DNA of 63,840 bases, the filler included, from a bacterium (GTDB taxonomy: Bacteria > JADJOY01): NCBI GenBank assembly GCA_046331705.1. It is 4 parts of 4 records of this genome, joined end to end, with 100 filler letters (N's around TTAATTAATTAA, not from the genome) between each part and the next. Parts side by side here need not be neighbours in the genome. Positions count along the whole stretch, not along the records: positions 36,374 to 54,169 come from JAXLQJ010000094.1; 3 more parts are not named here. One strand, 5' to 3'. Made by a program: the position numbers and the translations under genes. Under the pieces are notes generated by a model, which was given only the letters and a program-made list of their open reading frames with translations, ran no database searches and was not told where the DNA came from. The first letter of the stretch is position 1. Each line of letters opens with the position of its first letter. Positions 41,584 through 50,685 of the stretch are shown piece by piece.

Positions 41584-41991
41584 TCAGCCGCGCTGATGCA
41601 GCTCGATCACGTTGCGGTCGGGATCGCGGACGAAGATTCCCTTGGCGCCGGGGCCGAATTGCACCGGCCCCCCGCTCACCGGAACGCCGGCCGCCTCGAG
41701 CCGTTCCTTCGCGGCCATGATGTCCGGGCACAACAGTGCGAAGTGCGTGATCCCGGGGTGCTTCTCGGGTACATCCATGAGGATGTTCGGCTCGTTCGCG
41801 TTCGGCGCGTTGAGCACGAGGTTCACTTCGACTCCCGACGGGTGACCGAGGATCGCCACGGGTTCAGGACCGATCGGGCCCGCGGTCTTCGTGAAGCCCA
41901 GTAGCTCGTAGAAGCGCACGGAGCGCTCGAGGTCGTGTACGCGAATGCCAATGTGCGCGAGGCCGGCGATCGGGATGGACGACGGTTTCAT
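41584..41991 (-). CDS. VOC/glyoxalase family protein
   Basis: HIGIRV.DLERSVRFYE.LGF, HFAL, FVRDPDRNVIE. Confidence 0.92.
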   Translation of the reverse strand: MKPSSIPIAGLAHIGIRVHDLERSVRFYELLGFTKTAGPIGPEPVAILGHPSGVEVNLVLNAPNANEPNILMDVPEKHPGITHFALLCPDIMAAKERLEAAGVPVSGGPVQFGPGAKGIFVRDPDRNVIELHQRG

Positions 41992-42320
41992 GCGTTGGAT
42001 TGTCCCACTGTTCCCGCGTGGTCGACGTCAGCCGGACGGTCCTCGTGTCGGCGCAAGATGCGTGGAGTTCGCCGAGCGGTCCAGTCGCGGCGCGGCGAGC
42101 TCAGCCCGGCGATGAGGCGTTGGGTGCATCGCTGGTCCCGCTCGCGCGCTGGGTGCCGTTCGGCACCCGTACGACCATCGGCGCCGCGCGGAAGCGCGGT
42201 TGTCGCCCCAGACGGGCTGAGGGAGGCGGTTGCTTGTTGGGGAGCCCGGAGCGACAGTCGGTCGACCGGAGGCATTGGTTGGCACGGATCGGCGGCGACG
42301 ACGGAGCAGGGCGGCGCAGG

Positions 42321-42947
42321 ATGACGCGCGCGATGCGGTTTTTCGGGGCCGTTCTCGCGGTCACGGCGATGGCTTCGGGCGCTCGAGCGCAGAACCGGAT
42401 CGCCAACGGCGAGTTCGACGTGGGCGTCTCGGGCTGGTCGAGGTATGGGTTCGGCACCGAGCCGACGTTCATCCTCTTTGGCGATCACGACGCGTGCGCG
42501 AACTCCGGCGCTGCCGAGTTCTCCGGCAACACCCTGGACCAAGACAACTGGGTGAGAACCTGTGTCCCGGGGATCACGCCGCTCGCGGACTACTCCTTGG
42601 AAGCCAGCCTCCGTTTCATCGCTGGAGCAACGGACTCGGTTCTCGTTGGCATCGAGTGGCACGATTCGAGTGCTGATTGTCTCGGTGCCACGGTCGGCGG
42701 TTTTCCCATGACGGATACGCTGTTTGCTGGCGGGAGCAACGTCTGGACGCTGCTCTCGAACTCGAACATCGTCGCTCCGGCAAACGCTGGGAGCGCTTAC
42801 GTATCGTTGCTGCTCCATACGCCGGGTGCATCATCCGCTGTCGTGCGGATCGACGGCGTTCATCTCGTGCCTGGGCACGGTTTCTTGTTCGGAGACGGGT
42901 ACGAGTCGGGCTCCCTCTGCCGATGGTCGAGCGCCTTGGCGTCCTGA
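42321..42947 (+). CDS. Secreted protein (CBM-like NGEFD start) with C-terminal FxDG[FY]ESG motif
   Basis: Signal peptide ending ARA; IANGEFD..VSGW; C-terminus FLFGDGYESGSLCRWS; more A/T-ending codons than its neighbours. Confidence 0.75.
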   Translation: MTRAMRFFGAVLAVTAMASGARAQNRIANGEFDVGVSGWSRYGFGTEPTFILFGDHDACANSGAAEFSGNTLDQDNWVRTCVPGITPLADYSLEASLRFIAGATDSVLVGIEWHDSSADCLGATVGGFPMTDTLFAGGSNVWTLLSNSNIVAPANAGSAYVSLLLHTPGASSAVVRIDGVHLVPGHGFLFGDGYESGSLCRWSSALAS

Positions 42948-43084
42948 AGAACGTCGCTCGTACGATTCGGAGCGTTGCGAGCGATCCCGGGACACGCAGA
43001 CCACGTCTCGGGTGCCAGCGGTCCAGTCGACCCGGAAAGCACGCGCCAATCGTGAGCGGGCGGGTGTGGGTCGAAAGAACCTCC

Positions 43085-44716
43085 ATGGCACGTTCGATTG
43101 CGCCGCTGCGCTGGATACCGCTCTTCCTCGTCGTCGCCGCGACGGCCGCCCTCGCTGCTCCCGTCGAAACCGAGTCCGGCCTTCTCGAAGGCGTCACGGA
43201 GAACGAAGTCAGCGTGTTCAAGGGCATTCCGTTCGCGGCGCCGCCCGTGGGTGATTTGCGCTGGCGCGCGCCTCGAGCGGCCGGTGCGTGGAGCGGCGTC
43301 CGGCTCGCCGACACGTTCTCGCCGGTTTGCGTGCAGCGCGGCACCTACCCCGAAGACGCGCCCGTGGAGCCGATGAGCGAGGATTGCCTGTACCTCAACG
43401 TCTGGGCTCCAGCGGATGCCACGAAGGGCGCGAAGCTGCCGGTCATGGTCTGGATCTACGGCGGCGGACTCTCGAACGGCAGTGCATCGACGCCGCTCTA
43501 TGCCGGCGACGCCCTCGCGCGGCAAGGCGTCATCGTCGTGACGGCCAACTACCGGCTTGGCGCGCTTGGATTCCTTGCGCATCCCACGCTCACGCGCGAA
43601 TCCGAGCACCGAGCTTCGGGCAACTACGGCCTGCTCGACCAGCTTGCGGCGCTCGGCTGGGTGAGGCGCAACATCGCGGCGTTCGGCGGCGACCCGAGCA
43701 ACGTCACGGTATTCGGGCAGTCCTCGGGATCGATCTCGATCAGCGTGCTCTGCGCATCGCCGCTCGCGCACGGCCTGTTCCGCCGCGCGATCGGTCAAAG
43801 CGGCGGATTGTTCGAGCCGCTTGCCGCCGCGCCGGAATTCGCGCTGGCGGGCGCGGAGCAGGAAGGCGTGGCCTTCGCCGCGCGAGTCGGTGCCACGACG
43901 AGCGAGGCACTCCGTGCGTTGCCCGTCACCGACATCGTGGCTGCGCGGTTCGCGCCACACGTGGTGATCGACGGGTATGTGCTCGCGGAGGCGCCCCATG
44001 ACGCGCTCGCTGCCGGGCGCGGCGCCGATGTCGACATCCTGGTGGGATCGAACGCCGAGGAGGGGCTCTCTTTCCGGAACCAGCGCGCGGTGACCACCGC
44101 CAACCTGCCGGCGCTGCTCGCCGAGGACTTTCCGCCGTTCATCGTCTCGTTGGCAGGACCTCGCGCACCCGAGAGCGAAGCGTCTGCGAAGGCCGCCTTC
44201 GTCGCTTTCGAAAGCAACATGCGTTTCGCGTGGGACATGCGCGCGTGGGCGCGCCTTCATGCCGGGGCTGGGCGTGGGCGCACGTATCTCTATCGTTTTG
44301 CGCAGGTGCCACCGAACGCCGAAGGCGCGCATCACGGCGCCGAGATGGCCTACGTGTTCCATCACCCGCTCGGCGCGCAGTGGACCGACGACGACCACAC
44401 GCTCGCCGACAGGCTGAGTGCCTATTGGACCCACTTCGCCAAGACGGGTGATCCGAATGCCGCCGGCCTCCCCGTGTGGCCCGCGTTCACCACGACGCAC
44501 GAGCAAGCGCTCCGGATCGACGGCGAGCTCGCCGCGGGTGCACTACCCAATGCCGCGGAGCTCGACTCCATCGGCCGCGTCTATGCCGCCGTACGTTTCG
44601 TCTTCCGCCACCTCCGTGCGCTGGGCGCCGCGGCGCTCGTGATCGTCGTTTCGTTGCTCTACGTCTCGTGGCGCGCCGTGCGCTCGCGCTTCCGGCGCGG
44701 CGCTCCAACCCTGTAG
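43085..44716 (+). CDS. Type-B carboxylesterase with signal peptide and C-terminal TM
   Basis: FKGIPFA.PPVG.LRW, SEDCLYLNVW, WIYGGG, NYRLG, FGGDP..VTVFGQSSG, GAHHGAE. Confidence 0.93.
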   Translation: MARSIAPLRWIPLFLVVAATAALAAPVETESGLLEGVTENEVSVFKGIPFAAPPVGDLRWRAPRAAGAWSGVRLADTFSPVCVQRGTYPEDAPVEPMSEDCLYLNVWAPADATKGAKLPVMVWIYGGGLSNGSASTPLYAGDALARQGVIVVTANYRLGALGFLAHPTLTRESEHRASGNYGLLDQLAALGWVRRNIAAFGGDPSNVTVFGQSSGSISISVLCASPLAHGLFRRAIGQSGGLFEPLAAAPEFALAGAEQEGVAFAARVGATTSEALRALPVTDIVAARFAPHVVIDGYVLAEAPHDALAAGRGADVDILVGSNAEEGLSFRNQRAVTTANLPALLAEDFPPFIVSLAGPRAPESEASAKAAFVAFESNMRFAWDMRAWARLHAGAGRGRTYLYRFAQVPPNAEGAHHGAEMAYVFHHPLGAQWTDDDHTLADRLSAYWTHFAKTGDPNAAGLPVWPAFTTTHEQALRIDGELAAGALPNAAELDSIGRVYAAVRFVFRHLRALGAAALVIVVSLLYVSWRAVRSRFRRGAPTL

Positions 44717-45107
44717 CGGACGCTGCCCGCGAGCGTTCGGCGGGTGCTCCGCGAGCCGCGGGATGAGCCGCAAGGACCCTGAAGTCGTCTTCAGAACCTC
44801 GACGTCAGACGTGGCCACGTCAACCGCCACGCTCCTTAGCCCGACGAACGAGCGAACAGGGAAGTCACGGAACCTCGTGCGCGTCGCTGTTCGCGCGAGG
44901 CGGCGAGCGGCTGCACGAGGTCTGCACGCGGTGCCCGAGCGGAAGCAGCCTGGGGGTAGGCGACGCGACGTCCCGGTCGCAACCGCGTAGAGTCTCGTCT
45001 GACGGCGGCGACGTCGTTGGTCCCAGCGCCTATCGCGATGCCAGCGGCGCGATCACGCCGCCGCCGCTTCATCACGGACGAGCGGACAGCCCGACCGCCG
45101 ACGAAAC

Positions 45108-45995
45108 ATGAGCCGGCTCCCCGACTTCGTCATCATCGGCGCCGCGCGCTGCGGCACCACGTCCCTCCACGCGTACCTGCGCCAGCATCCCGACATCTTC
45201 ATGAGCCGGGAGAAGGAGACCGACTACTTCTCTCTCGGTGACCTGCCGCCGAGCGAGGTTCCGCGGAACGCATCCGCCTACCGTGCGCGCACTCGCGAGG
45301 AGTACGAGCGCCTCTTCCAAGACGCGGGTGACGCGCGCGCGGTGGGCGAGGCGTCGCCGAGCTACCTGTTCTACCCGAGAAGCGCGGCGCGGACGCAGCA
45401 GGCGATCCCGGATGCGAAGCTGATCTGCATCCTGCGCGACCCGGTGGAGCGCGCCTACTCGCACTACGCGCTCGCGCGCAAGATGGGCTTCGAGGCGCGC
45501 ACCGATTTCGAGGCCGCGGTAGCGGCGGAAGACGAGCGCTGGCGGCACGATCGCAGCATGCGCTTCGCCTACACGCGCGCGAGCCTCTATCACGACGGGC
45601 TGCTCGAGTTCTGGAAGCGGTTCGCGCGCGAGCGGATCTTGGTGTTGCTGTTCGAGGAGTTCGCGGCCGACCCCGCGGCGACGATGCGCACCGTCCACAG
45701 GTTCCTGGGGGCCGATGCGAGCCATACGCCAGACGTCAGCATCCGGCACAACCGCTCGATGCTGCCGCGCAGCGCGCTGGTACGCGAGGCGTTCGGCCGC
45801 CCGTTTCGTCTGCGCCGCTTCCTGCAGAGGAACCTGCCGCCGCGGCTCGTGACGCACCTCGGCAATCTTCTGATGCGCCGGCCTCCGGGCGTGGGACCGG
45901 AGGCTCGTGCGCGGCTCCTGCCGCGCTTCGCCGAGGACATCCGCCGGCTCGAGGCGCTCCTCGATCGCGATCTGAGTTGCTGGCGATCGATTTGA
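45108..45995 (+). CDS. PAPS-dependent sulfotransferase
   Basis: PDFVIIGAARCGTTSL (5'-PSB), GEASPSY, LRDPVERAYS (3'-PB). Confidence 0.92.
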   Translation: MSRLPDFVIIGAARCGTTSLHAYLRQHPDIFMSREKETDYFSLGDLPPSEVPRNASAYRARTREEYERLFQDAGDARAVGEASPSYLFYPRSAARTQQAIPDAKLICILRDPVERAYSHYALARKMGFEARTDFEAAVAAEDERWRHDRSMRFAYTRASLYHDGLLEFWKRFARERILVLLFEEFAADPAATMRTVHRFLGADASHTPDVSIRHNRSMLPRSALVREAFGRPFRLRRFLQRNLPPRLVTHLGNLLMRRPPGVGPEARARLLPRFAEDIRRLEALLDRDLSCWRSI

Positions 45996-46072
45996 GCGCG
46001 TCCTCGTCGTATGTTGACCGCCGTCCGAGCGACCGGCGCGGGGATCTCGCCGGTGGCTCGCGTGGAGGGCGA

Positions 46073-46510
46073 ATGGAAGTCCAGAGCTATTGCGTCAACG
46101 AGCCGTCCGTGATCAGCGAGGTGATCGACGGCGAGACCATCGTCCTCAACTTCGACAATGGCCACTACTACAGCTTCAATCCGACCGCCTCGGAGATCTG
46201 GCGGCGGTTGTGCGCGGGTAGCCCGGTCTCGGCGGCGACCGAATGGGTGGCCCGCCGCTTCGCGGCCGACCCGGCCGCCATTCGTCCGGAAGTCGAGGAC
46301 TTCGTCCGTCGTCTCGAGGAGGAGCAGCTGATCCGCCGAGCCGCGAACGATGCGCCCCCGGGATCGACGAACGCGCCCCCGGATGCCAGCCATCCCGTCG
46401 CGGCGTTCTCGTCCCCCGACTTCGAGAAGTTCACCGACATGGAGGAGCTGCTGCTGCTCGATCCGATCCACGAGGTGAGCGACTCAGGCTGGCCACGCAG
46501 GTCCGAGTGA
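46073..46510 (+). CDS. PqqD-family (RiPP recognition element) protein with C-terminal extension
   Basis: EVIDGETIVLN...YYSFNPTASEIW..L...FVRRLEEEQLI; tail FSSPDFEKFTDMEELLLLDPIHEVSDSGWP; GGAGG RBS. Confidence 0.88.
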   Translation: MEVQSYCVNEPSVISEVIDGETIVLNFDNGHYYSFNPTASEIWRRLCAGSPVSAATEWVARRFAADPAAIRPEVEDFVRRLEEEQLIRRAANDAPPGSTNAPPDASHPVAAFSSPDFEKFTDMEELLLLDPIHEVSDSGWPRRSE

Positions 46511-46512
46511 CC

Positions 46513-47214
46513 ATGTCGAGCGGGCGAGCAGCACGCGTTTCCGTCGTGCTCCCGGTCTACGATTGCGAGGCTTACGTCGGGGAGGCCATCGAGAGCGTGC
46601 TCGCACAGACGGTTGCTCCGGACGAGCTGATCGTCGTCGACGATGGCTCCACGGACGCGTCGCTGGCCGTCGTCGAGCGCTTCGCCCGGCCCTCGCTGCA
46701 CGTGATTCGACAGCAAAACGCCGGCATCGGTGCGGCGCGCAATCGTGGGCTTGGCGGCGCGACTGGAGAGCTGATCGCGTTCATCGACGCGGACGACCTC
46801 TGGGAGCGCGACAAGCTCGAGCTGCAGATCGGGGCGCTGCGCCAACGCGACGACCTCCAGCTCGTGTTCGGCCACCTCGTCGAGTTCCTGTCGCCCGACC
46901 GCGCGGCTGAGCTGGGCGGCTCGCTCGAGGTCGGGACCGCTCCGGTACCGGGGTTGATCGCCACGACGTTGCTCGTCCGCCGCACGGCGGTGGAGCGAAT
47001 CGGACCCTTCGACGAGACGCTCGAGGTCGGAGAGTTCGTCGAGTGGATGGCCCGCGCGCGCGACCTCGGGCTCGCGACCCTGTTGCTTCCCCAGATCGTG
47101 GCGCGACGTCGCATCCACGGCGGCAACACGGTGCTGACGCGCTCCAACACCGACTACCTGCGCGCGATCAAGGCGACACTCGACCGCCGCCGCAGAGCCG
47201 CGAATGCCGGCTGA
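46513..47214 (+). CDS. Glycosyltransferase family 2
   Basis: VSVVLPVY, VVDDGSTD, ARNRG, FIDADD. Confidence 0.92.
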   Translation: MSSGRAARVSVVLPVYDCEAYVGEAIESVLAQTVAPDELIVVDDGSTDASLAVVERFARPSLHVIRQQNAGIGAARNRGLGGATGELIAFIDADDLWERDKLELQIGALRQRDDLQLVFGHLVEFLSPDRAAELGGSLEVGTAPVPGLIATTLLVRRTAVERIGPFDETLEVGEFVEWMARARDLGLATLLLPQIVARRRIHGGNTVLTRSNTDYLRAIKATLDRRRRAANAG

Positions 47215-47956
47215 CGCTCGGCCCACGATGCAGCCCACCGTGACGGCGCTCATTCCGGTGTGGAACGGTGCCGCCTTCCTCGCCGAAGCGCTCGCGAGCG
47301 TTCTCTCGCAAGAGCCCGCCGTCGACGAGATCGTGGTGATCGACGATGGCTCGACCGACGGGAGCGGCGACATCGCCCGCGGCTTCGGCCCACGGGTGCG
47401 CTGCGTGCGCCAGGAGAACGGCGGCCTCGCCGCGGCGCGGAACGCAGCGGTCCGCGAAGCGCGGAGCGACTTGATCGCTTTCCTCGACTCGGACGACCTC
47501 TGGCCGCCCGGGCGCCTCGCCGGGCTGCTTCGTGCGCTCGAGGAGAATCCCGACTGTGGGATCGTGCAGGGCCGGCTGCGGCGTTTGGTCCGGAACGAGC
47601 AGACGAAACACTGGGAGCTGGTGAACGAGTCGTGGCGTGCGCCCAACGTCTCGACGGCGCTCATCCGGCGCTCGGTGTTCACGCTCGTCGGTCCGTTCGA
47701 CGCGAGCGTCGCCGGTGGCGACGACGTCGACTGGCTGCTGCGCGCGAAGGAGAGCGGGGTGCGCGAGGCCCACGTCGACGCGATCACGCTCCACTACCGC
47801 CGGCACGACGCCAACATGACGAACGACGTCGCGACGGATCAGTCGAGGTTGATGCGCGTTCTCGGCCGTGCCGTCGCCCGTCGCCGCGCCGCCGCCGCGC
47901 AGCCGCAGCGCGGTGCGACGCCCCAGCCCGCTGTGAAGCCGCGCCAGCGCTCATGA
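47204..47956 (+). CDS. Glycosyltransferase family 2
   Basis: IPVWNG, IDDGSTD, ARN, FLDSDD, YRRH. Start is 47204 or 47228. Confidence 0.92.
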   Translation: MPADARPTMQPTVTALIPVWNGAAFLAEALASVLSQEPAVDEIVVIDDGSTDGSGDIARGFGPRVRCVRQENGGLAAARNAAVREARSDLIAFLDSDDLWPPGRLAGLLRALEENPDCGIVQGRLRRLVRNEQTKHWELVNESWRAPNVSTALIRRSVFTLVGPFDASVAGGDDVDWLLRAKESGVREAHVDAITLHYRRHDANMTNDVATDQSRLMRVLGRAVARRRAAAAQPQRGATPQPAVKPRQRS

Positions 47957-49017
47957 CCGGTGAGAGCTTCGCGGCGGCGCTGCGCTCGCTCGACACCTTC
48001 GCGATGCCCGAGGACGCCTGCGAGCAGCGGCTCGCGATCGCGGGACTGAACATCCGGGTGCGGCTCTCGACTCGGCACCTGGCCGCGAGCGCCCTGCGTG
48101 CGCTCGCGCACCACGCGGTGGCGGAGGACTCGGCACCGGCACCCGACCTGACGGTGCTGGTTCTCGATCGGGAAGCCCCTGGCAATCCGTTGCGCGATCT
48201 CTTCCCCGCTGCGACCAGCGCGCCGGTGGGCGATCGCGTCGAGCGCTGGTCCTACGAAGGCGTTCCGGGGCGCGGACTTCTGCACGAGGGCTTTCGGACG
48301 CTCTTCCTGTGGGACCGCGAGCACCGCCGCGCCGCGGTGTGGCTCGGCGAGGGCGGCGAGCTGCCGTATCACCTCGTCGCCTTGCCGCTGTTACCGATCC
48401 TGAGCTGGGCGTTCGCCGCGCGCGGCTTCGCGGTGGTGCACGCCGCCGCGGTGGCCACGGCGAGTGGAGCGCTGCTGATCGGTGGAAGGTCGGGCACCGG
48501 CAAGTCGACCACGGCGCTCGCCTGCCTGGATGCAGGTCTCGGCTTCCTCGGCGACGACATGTGCGTCATCGAGCCCGGCGATCGGCCCATCGTCCACTCA
48601 CTCTTCTGCTCCGCCAAGCTCGACGCGCCGGATACGGCGCGCTTCCCGGCGCTGTCGCCGGCGCTGGTCGAAGGCTCGGGACCGGGCTGGGAAAAGTCGG
48701 TCTACCTCTTCGACCGCCACCTCGAGCGCGGTGTGGTGCGCGCCGCACCCCTGGCCGGCGTAGCGATTCCGCGGCGCGACGCAGGCCCTGCGGTCCTCCT
48801 CTCGCCACGCCAGGGATTCCTCGCGATGGCGCCGAACACCGCCTTCCAGCTCCCCGGTGCGGCTCTGGCTTCGTGCGCGGGCGTCAAGGAGATCGTGTCG
48901 AAGGTGCCCGTCTCGAGCGTCGGAGTCGGCGAGACCATCGCTGCGATCCCCGCACGGGTGAGCGGCTTCGCGCGCACCCTGTCGCTCTCAGGCGCTTGCG
49001 CAGAGCACCGCGCGTGA
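47953..49017 (+). CDS. HPr-kinase-like P-loop serine kinase
   Basis: VHAAAV, GRSGTGKST Walker A, LGDD; ATGA overlap. Confidence 0.82.
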   Translation: MTGESFAAALRSLDTFAMPEDACEQRLAIAGLNIRVRLSTRHLAASALRALAHHAVAEDSAPAPDLTVLVLDREAPGNPLRDLFPAATSAPVGDRVERWSYEGVPGRGLLHEGFRTLFLWDREHRRAAVWLGEGGELPYHLVALPLLPILSWAFAARGFAVVHAAAVATASGALLIGGRSGTGKSTTALACLDAGLGFLGDDMCVIEPGDRPIVHSLFCSAKLDAPDTARFPALSPALVEGSGPGWEKSVYLFDRHLERGVVRAAPLAGVAIPRRDAGPAVLLSPRQGFLAMAPNTAFQLPGAALASCAGVKEIVSKVPVSSVGVGETIAAIPARVSGFARTLSLSGACAEHRA

Positions 49018-50237
49018 CTCCGTCCGGGCGCCCGTGGCCCCACGGTGTGCGCTGTCGTCCGACGGCGTCTCAAGAGCTGCTGCTGAACGCGTGTCTCGCG
49101 GAGGAGAGCGCTGCGATCGCGGCATGGGAGCGCTGGTGCGCCACCACGGATCTGGATCGTGGCGACGAGGAGTCGTTCCGCCATCTGCCCTTCGCCTGGC
49201 ACCGCCTGCAGAACCGGGTACGCCGAGACCGCACACTCGCGATCGCGAAGGGCGTGTACCGGCAATCCTGGTACCGCAATCAGCTCCTGCTGCGCACGCT
49301 GGGCGGCGTGCTCGATGCGCTCGGGGCCGCAGGGATCGAAGCGATGCTGCTCAAGGGCACGTCGCTGGCGACACGTTACTACCCGAATCCGGCGACCCGG
49401 CCCATGGTCGACATCGACATCCTGGTTCCGCATCCCGCGGCGGAGCGCGCCTTTGCCGTGCTCGCGAGCGACGGCTGGCGACCCGTCAAGCGAACGCCCG
49501 CGAAGGATCTCATCGGCTACGCGCACGCCATCTCCTTCGTGCGCGATCAGACCAACCTCGACCTGCACTGGAACGCGCTCTGGCCGCAGCGCACAGCCGA
49601 CGCGGATCGGCCGTTCTGGCAGGACGCGATCCGCATCGACCACCAGGGGCGCGCGGCGTGGGTTCTCGCCCCGAGCGACGAGCTCTTTCATGCCTGCATG
49701 CACGGCGCCCGCCTCAGCCAGAACGCGTACAGCTGGGCGCCGTTCCGGCTCATCCGCTGGATCACGGATGCCTTCATGATCGCGCGGCGCTCGGACATCG
49801 ACTGGGCGCGGGTCGCTGCGCTCGCCGAGCGCTACCACGCCCGGCTCCACCTGCGCGACGCGTTCCTCTGCCTGCGTCACCTCGGCTTCGCGGTGCCGGA
49901 AGAACTGCTCTCCGAGTGGGCGCAGGTGCGCTCCCCCGCCGACGAGCTGCACTACGAACTGACGCTCACACCGCGGCCGCCCCGCTTCTTCCCTGCGCTG
50001 CCGCGCTTCCGCTTCTGGAAGAGCTACCGGATGAAGACGTACATCGAGCAGGACGCGAACGGCGGTGCCGGGCAGGCGTGCCTGGCGGAACGGCTCGCTG
50101 GCTTCGCCCCGTACCTGGTCGCCTTCGTCAAGGTGGACCTCGACGCGGCGCGCCTGCGCGATGTGCCCGTCAACCTCGCGCGCAAGCTCGCCGGCCGGCC
50201 GTCGTTGCTGCGGCCCTGGGAGCCTGTCGGGCACTAG
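49014..50237 (+). CDS. Nucleotidyltransferase family protein (NTP_transf_5-like)
   Basis: LLKG..LA..YY....RPMVDIDILV, LDLHW, RWITD, IDW; GTGA overlap. Confidence 0.88.
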   Translation: MTPSGRPWPHGVRCRPTASQELLLNACLAEESAAIAAWERWCATTDLDRGDEESFRHLPFAWHRLQNRVRRDRTLAIAKGVYRQSWYRNQLLLRTLGGVLDALGAAGIEAMLLKGTSLATRYYPNPATRPMVDIDILVPHPAAERAFAVLASDGWRPVKRTPAKDLIGYAHAISFVRDQTNLDLHWNALWPQRTADADRPFWQDAIRIDHQGRAAWVLAPSDELFHACMHGARLSQNAYSWAPFRLIRWITDAFMIARRSDIDWARVAALAERYHARLHLRDAFLCLRHLGFAVPEELLSEWAQVRSPADELHYELTLTPRPPRFFPALPRFRFWKSYRMKTYIEQDANGGAGQACLAERLAGFAPYLVAFVKVDLDAARLRDVPVNLARKLAGRPSLLRPWEPVGH

Positions 50238-50359
50238 CTCCGGCGACGAGGTTGGGACGAGTCCCCGTCGTCCTCGCGTCGCTGCGAGCGCCGACGCCTG
50301 GTTGGAAGGAAACAATCCGCAGCGCTGACGCTATCGTCCGCGGCATCGCCAGCGACTGG

Positions 50360-50578
50360 ATCATCGGCCCGATCCGGCACGAGGTGCGGTCCGGAGTGCG
50401 GGCCACCGACGTGTTCGATCGGCTCCGCCATCACCCTGCTGGCTTCGATTGCATCGCAGTCGCATTGGACGACGACGACCAAGCCGCGCGCTTCTACAAC
50501 ACGTTGCGTTCGGCGGGCGTAGCGGGTAGCGCCGTCGACTCGCTGACCTGCTCCGTGGCAAGCCGGGCCGACGTCCCT
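50360..50578 (+). pseudogene. PIN-domain (VapC-type) toxin fragment
   Basis: IIGPIRHEVRSG...AARFYNTLRSAGVAGSAVDSLTCSVA; no N-terminal DT motif, no C-terminal TxD motif, no start codon. Confidence 0.7.
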
Positions 50579-50651
50579 GCGCGGCTACATCCGGCAGGCG
50601 ACGGTGTTCGAAGAGAACGCCGCGGTGGCAATCGTCCACCCGCGCGCCTGA
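50577..50651 (+). mobile_element. Tyrosine recombinase 3'-end remnant, copy A
   Basis: Reads LRGYIRQATVFEENAAVAIVHPRA*; 44/48 nt identical to 51483-51530. Confidence 0.7.
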
Positions 50652-50685
50652 TGGAGTTCGCGGCACCGTGCTAGGGTCACGAGCC

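Noticed and set aside
42075-43029. 13-mer AGCGGTCCAGTCG in two neighbouring intergenic regions
   Set aside because: No flanking similarity; too short to separate from chance.
39768-45107. Integron cassette array
   Set aside because: Genes are in mixed orientation, and I found no intI and no recurring RYYYAAC/GTTRRRY attC pattern.
46073-46510. PQQ biosynthesis or a complete lasso peptide cluster
   Set aside because: No pqqA/B/C/E, lasso cyclase or B2 protease on this contig.
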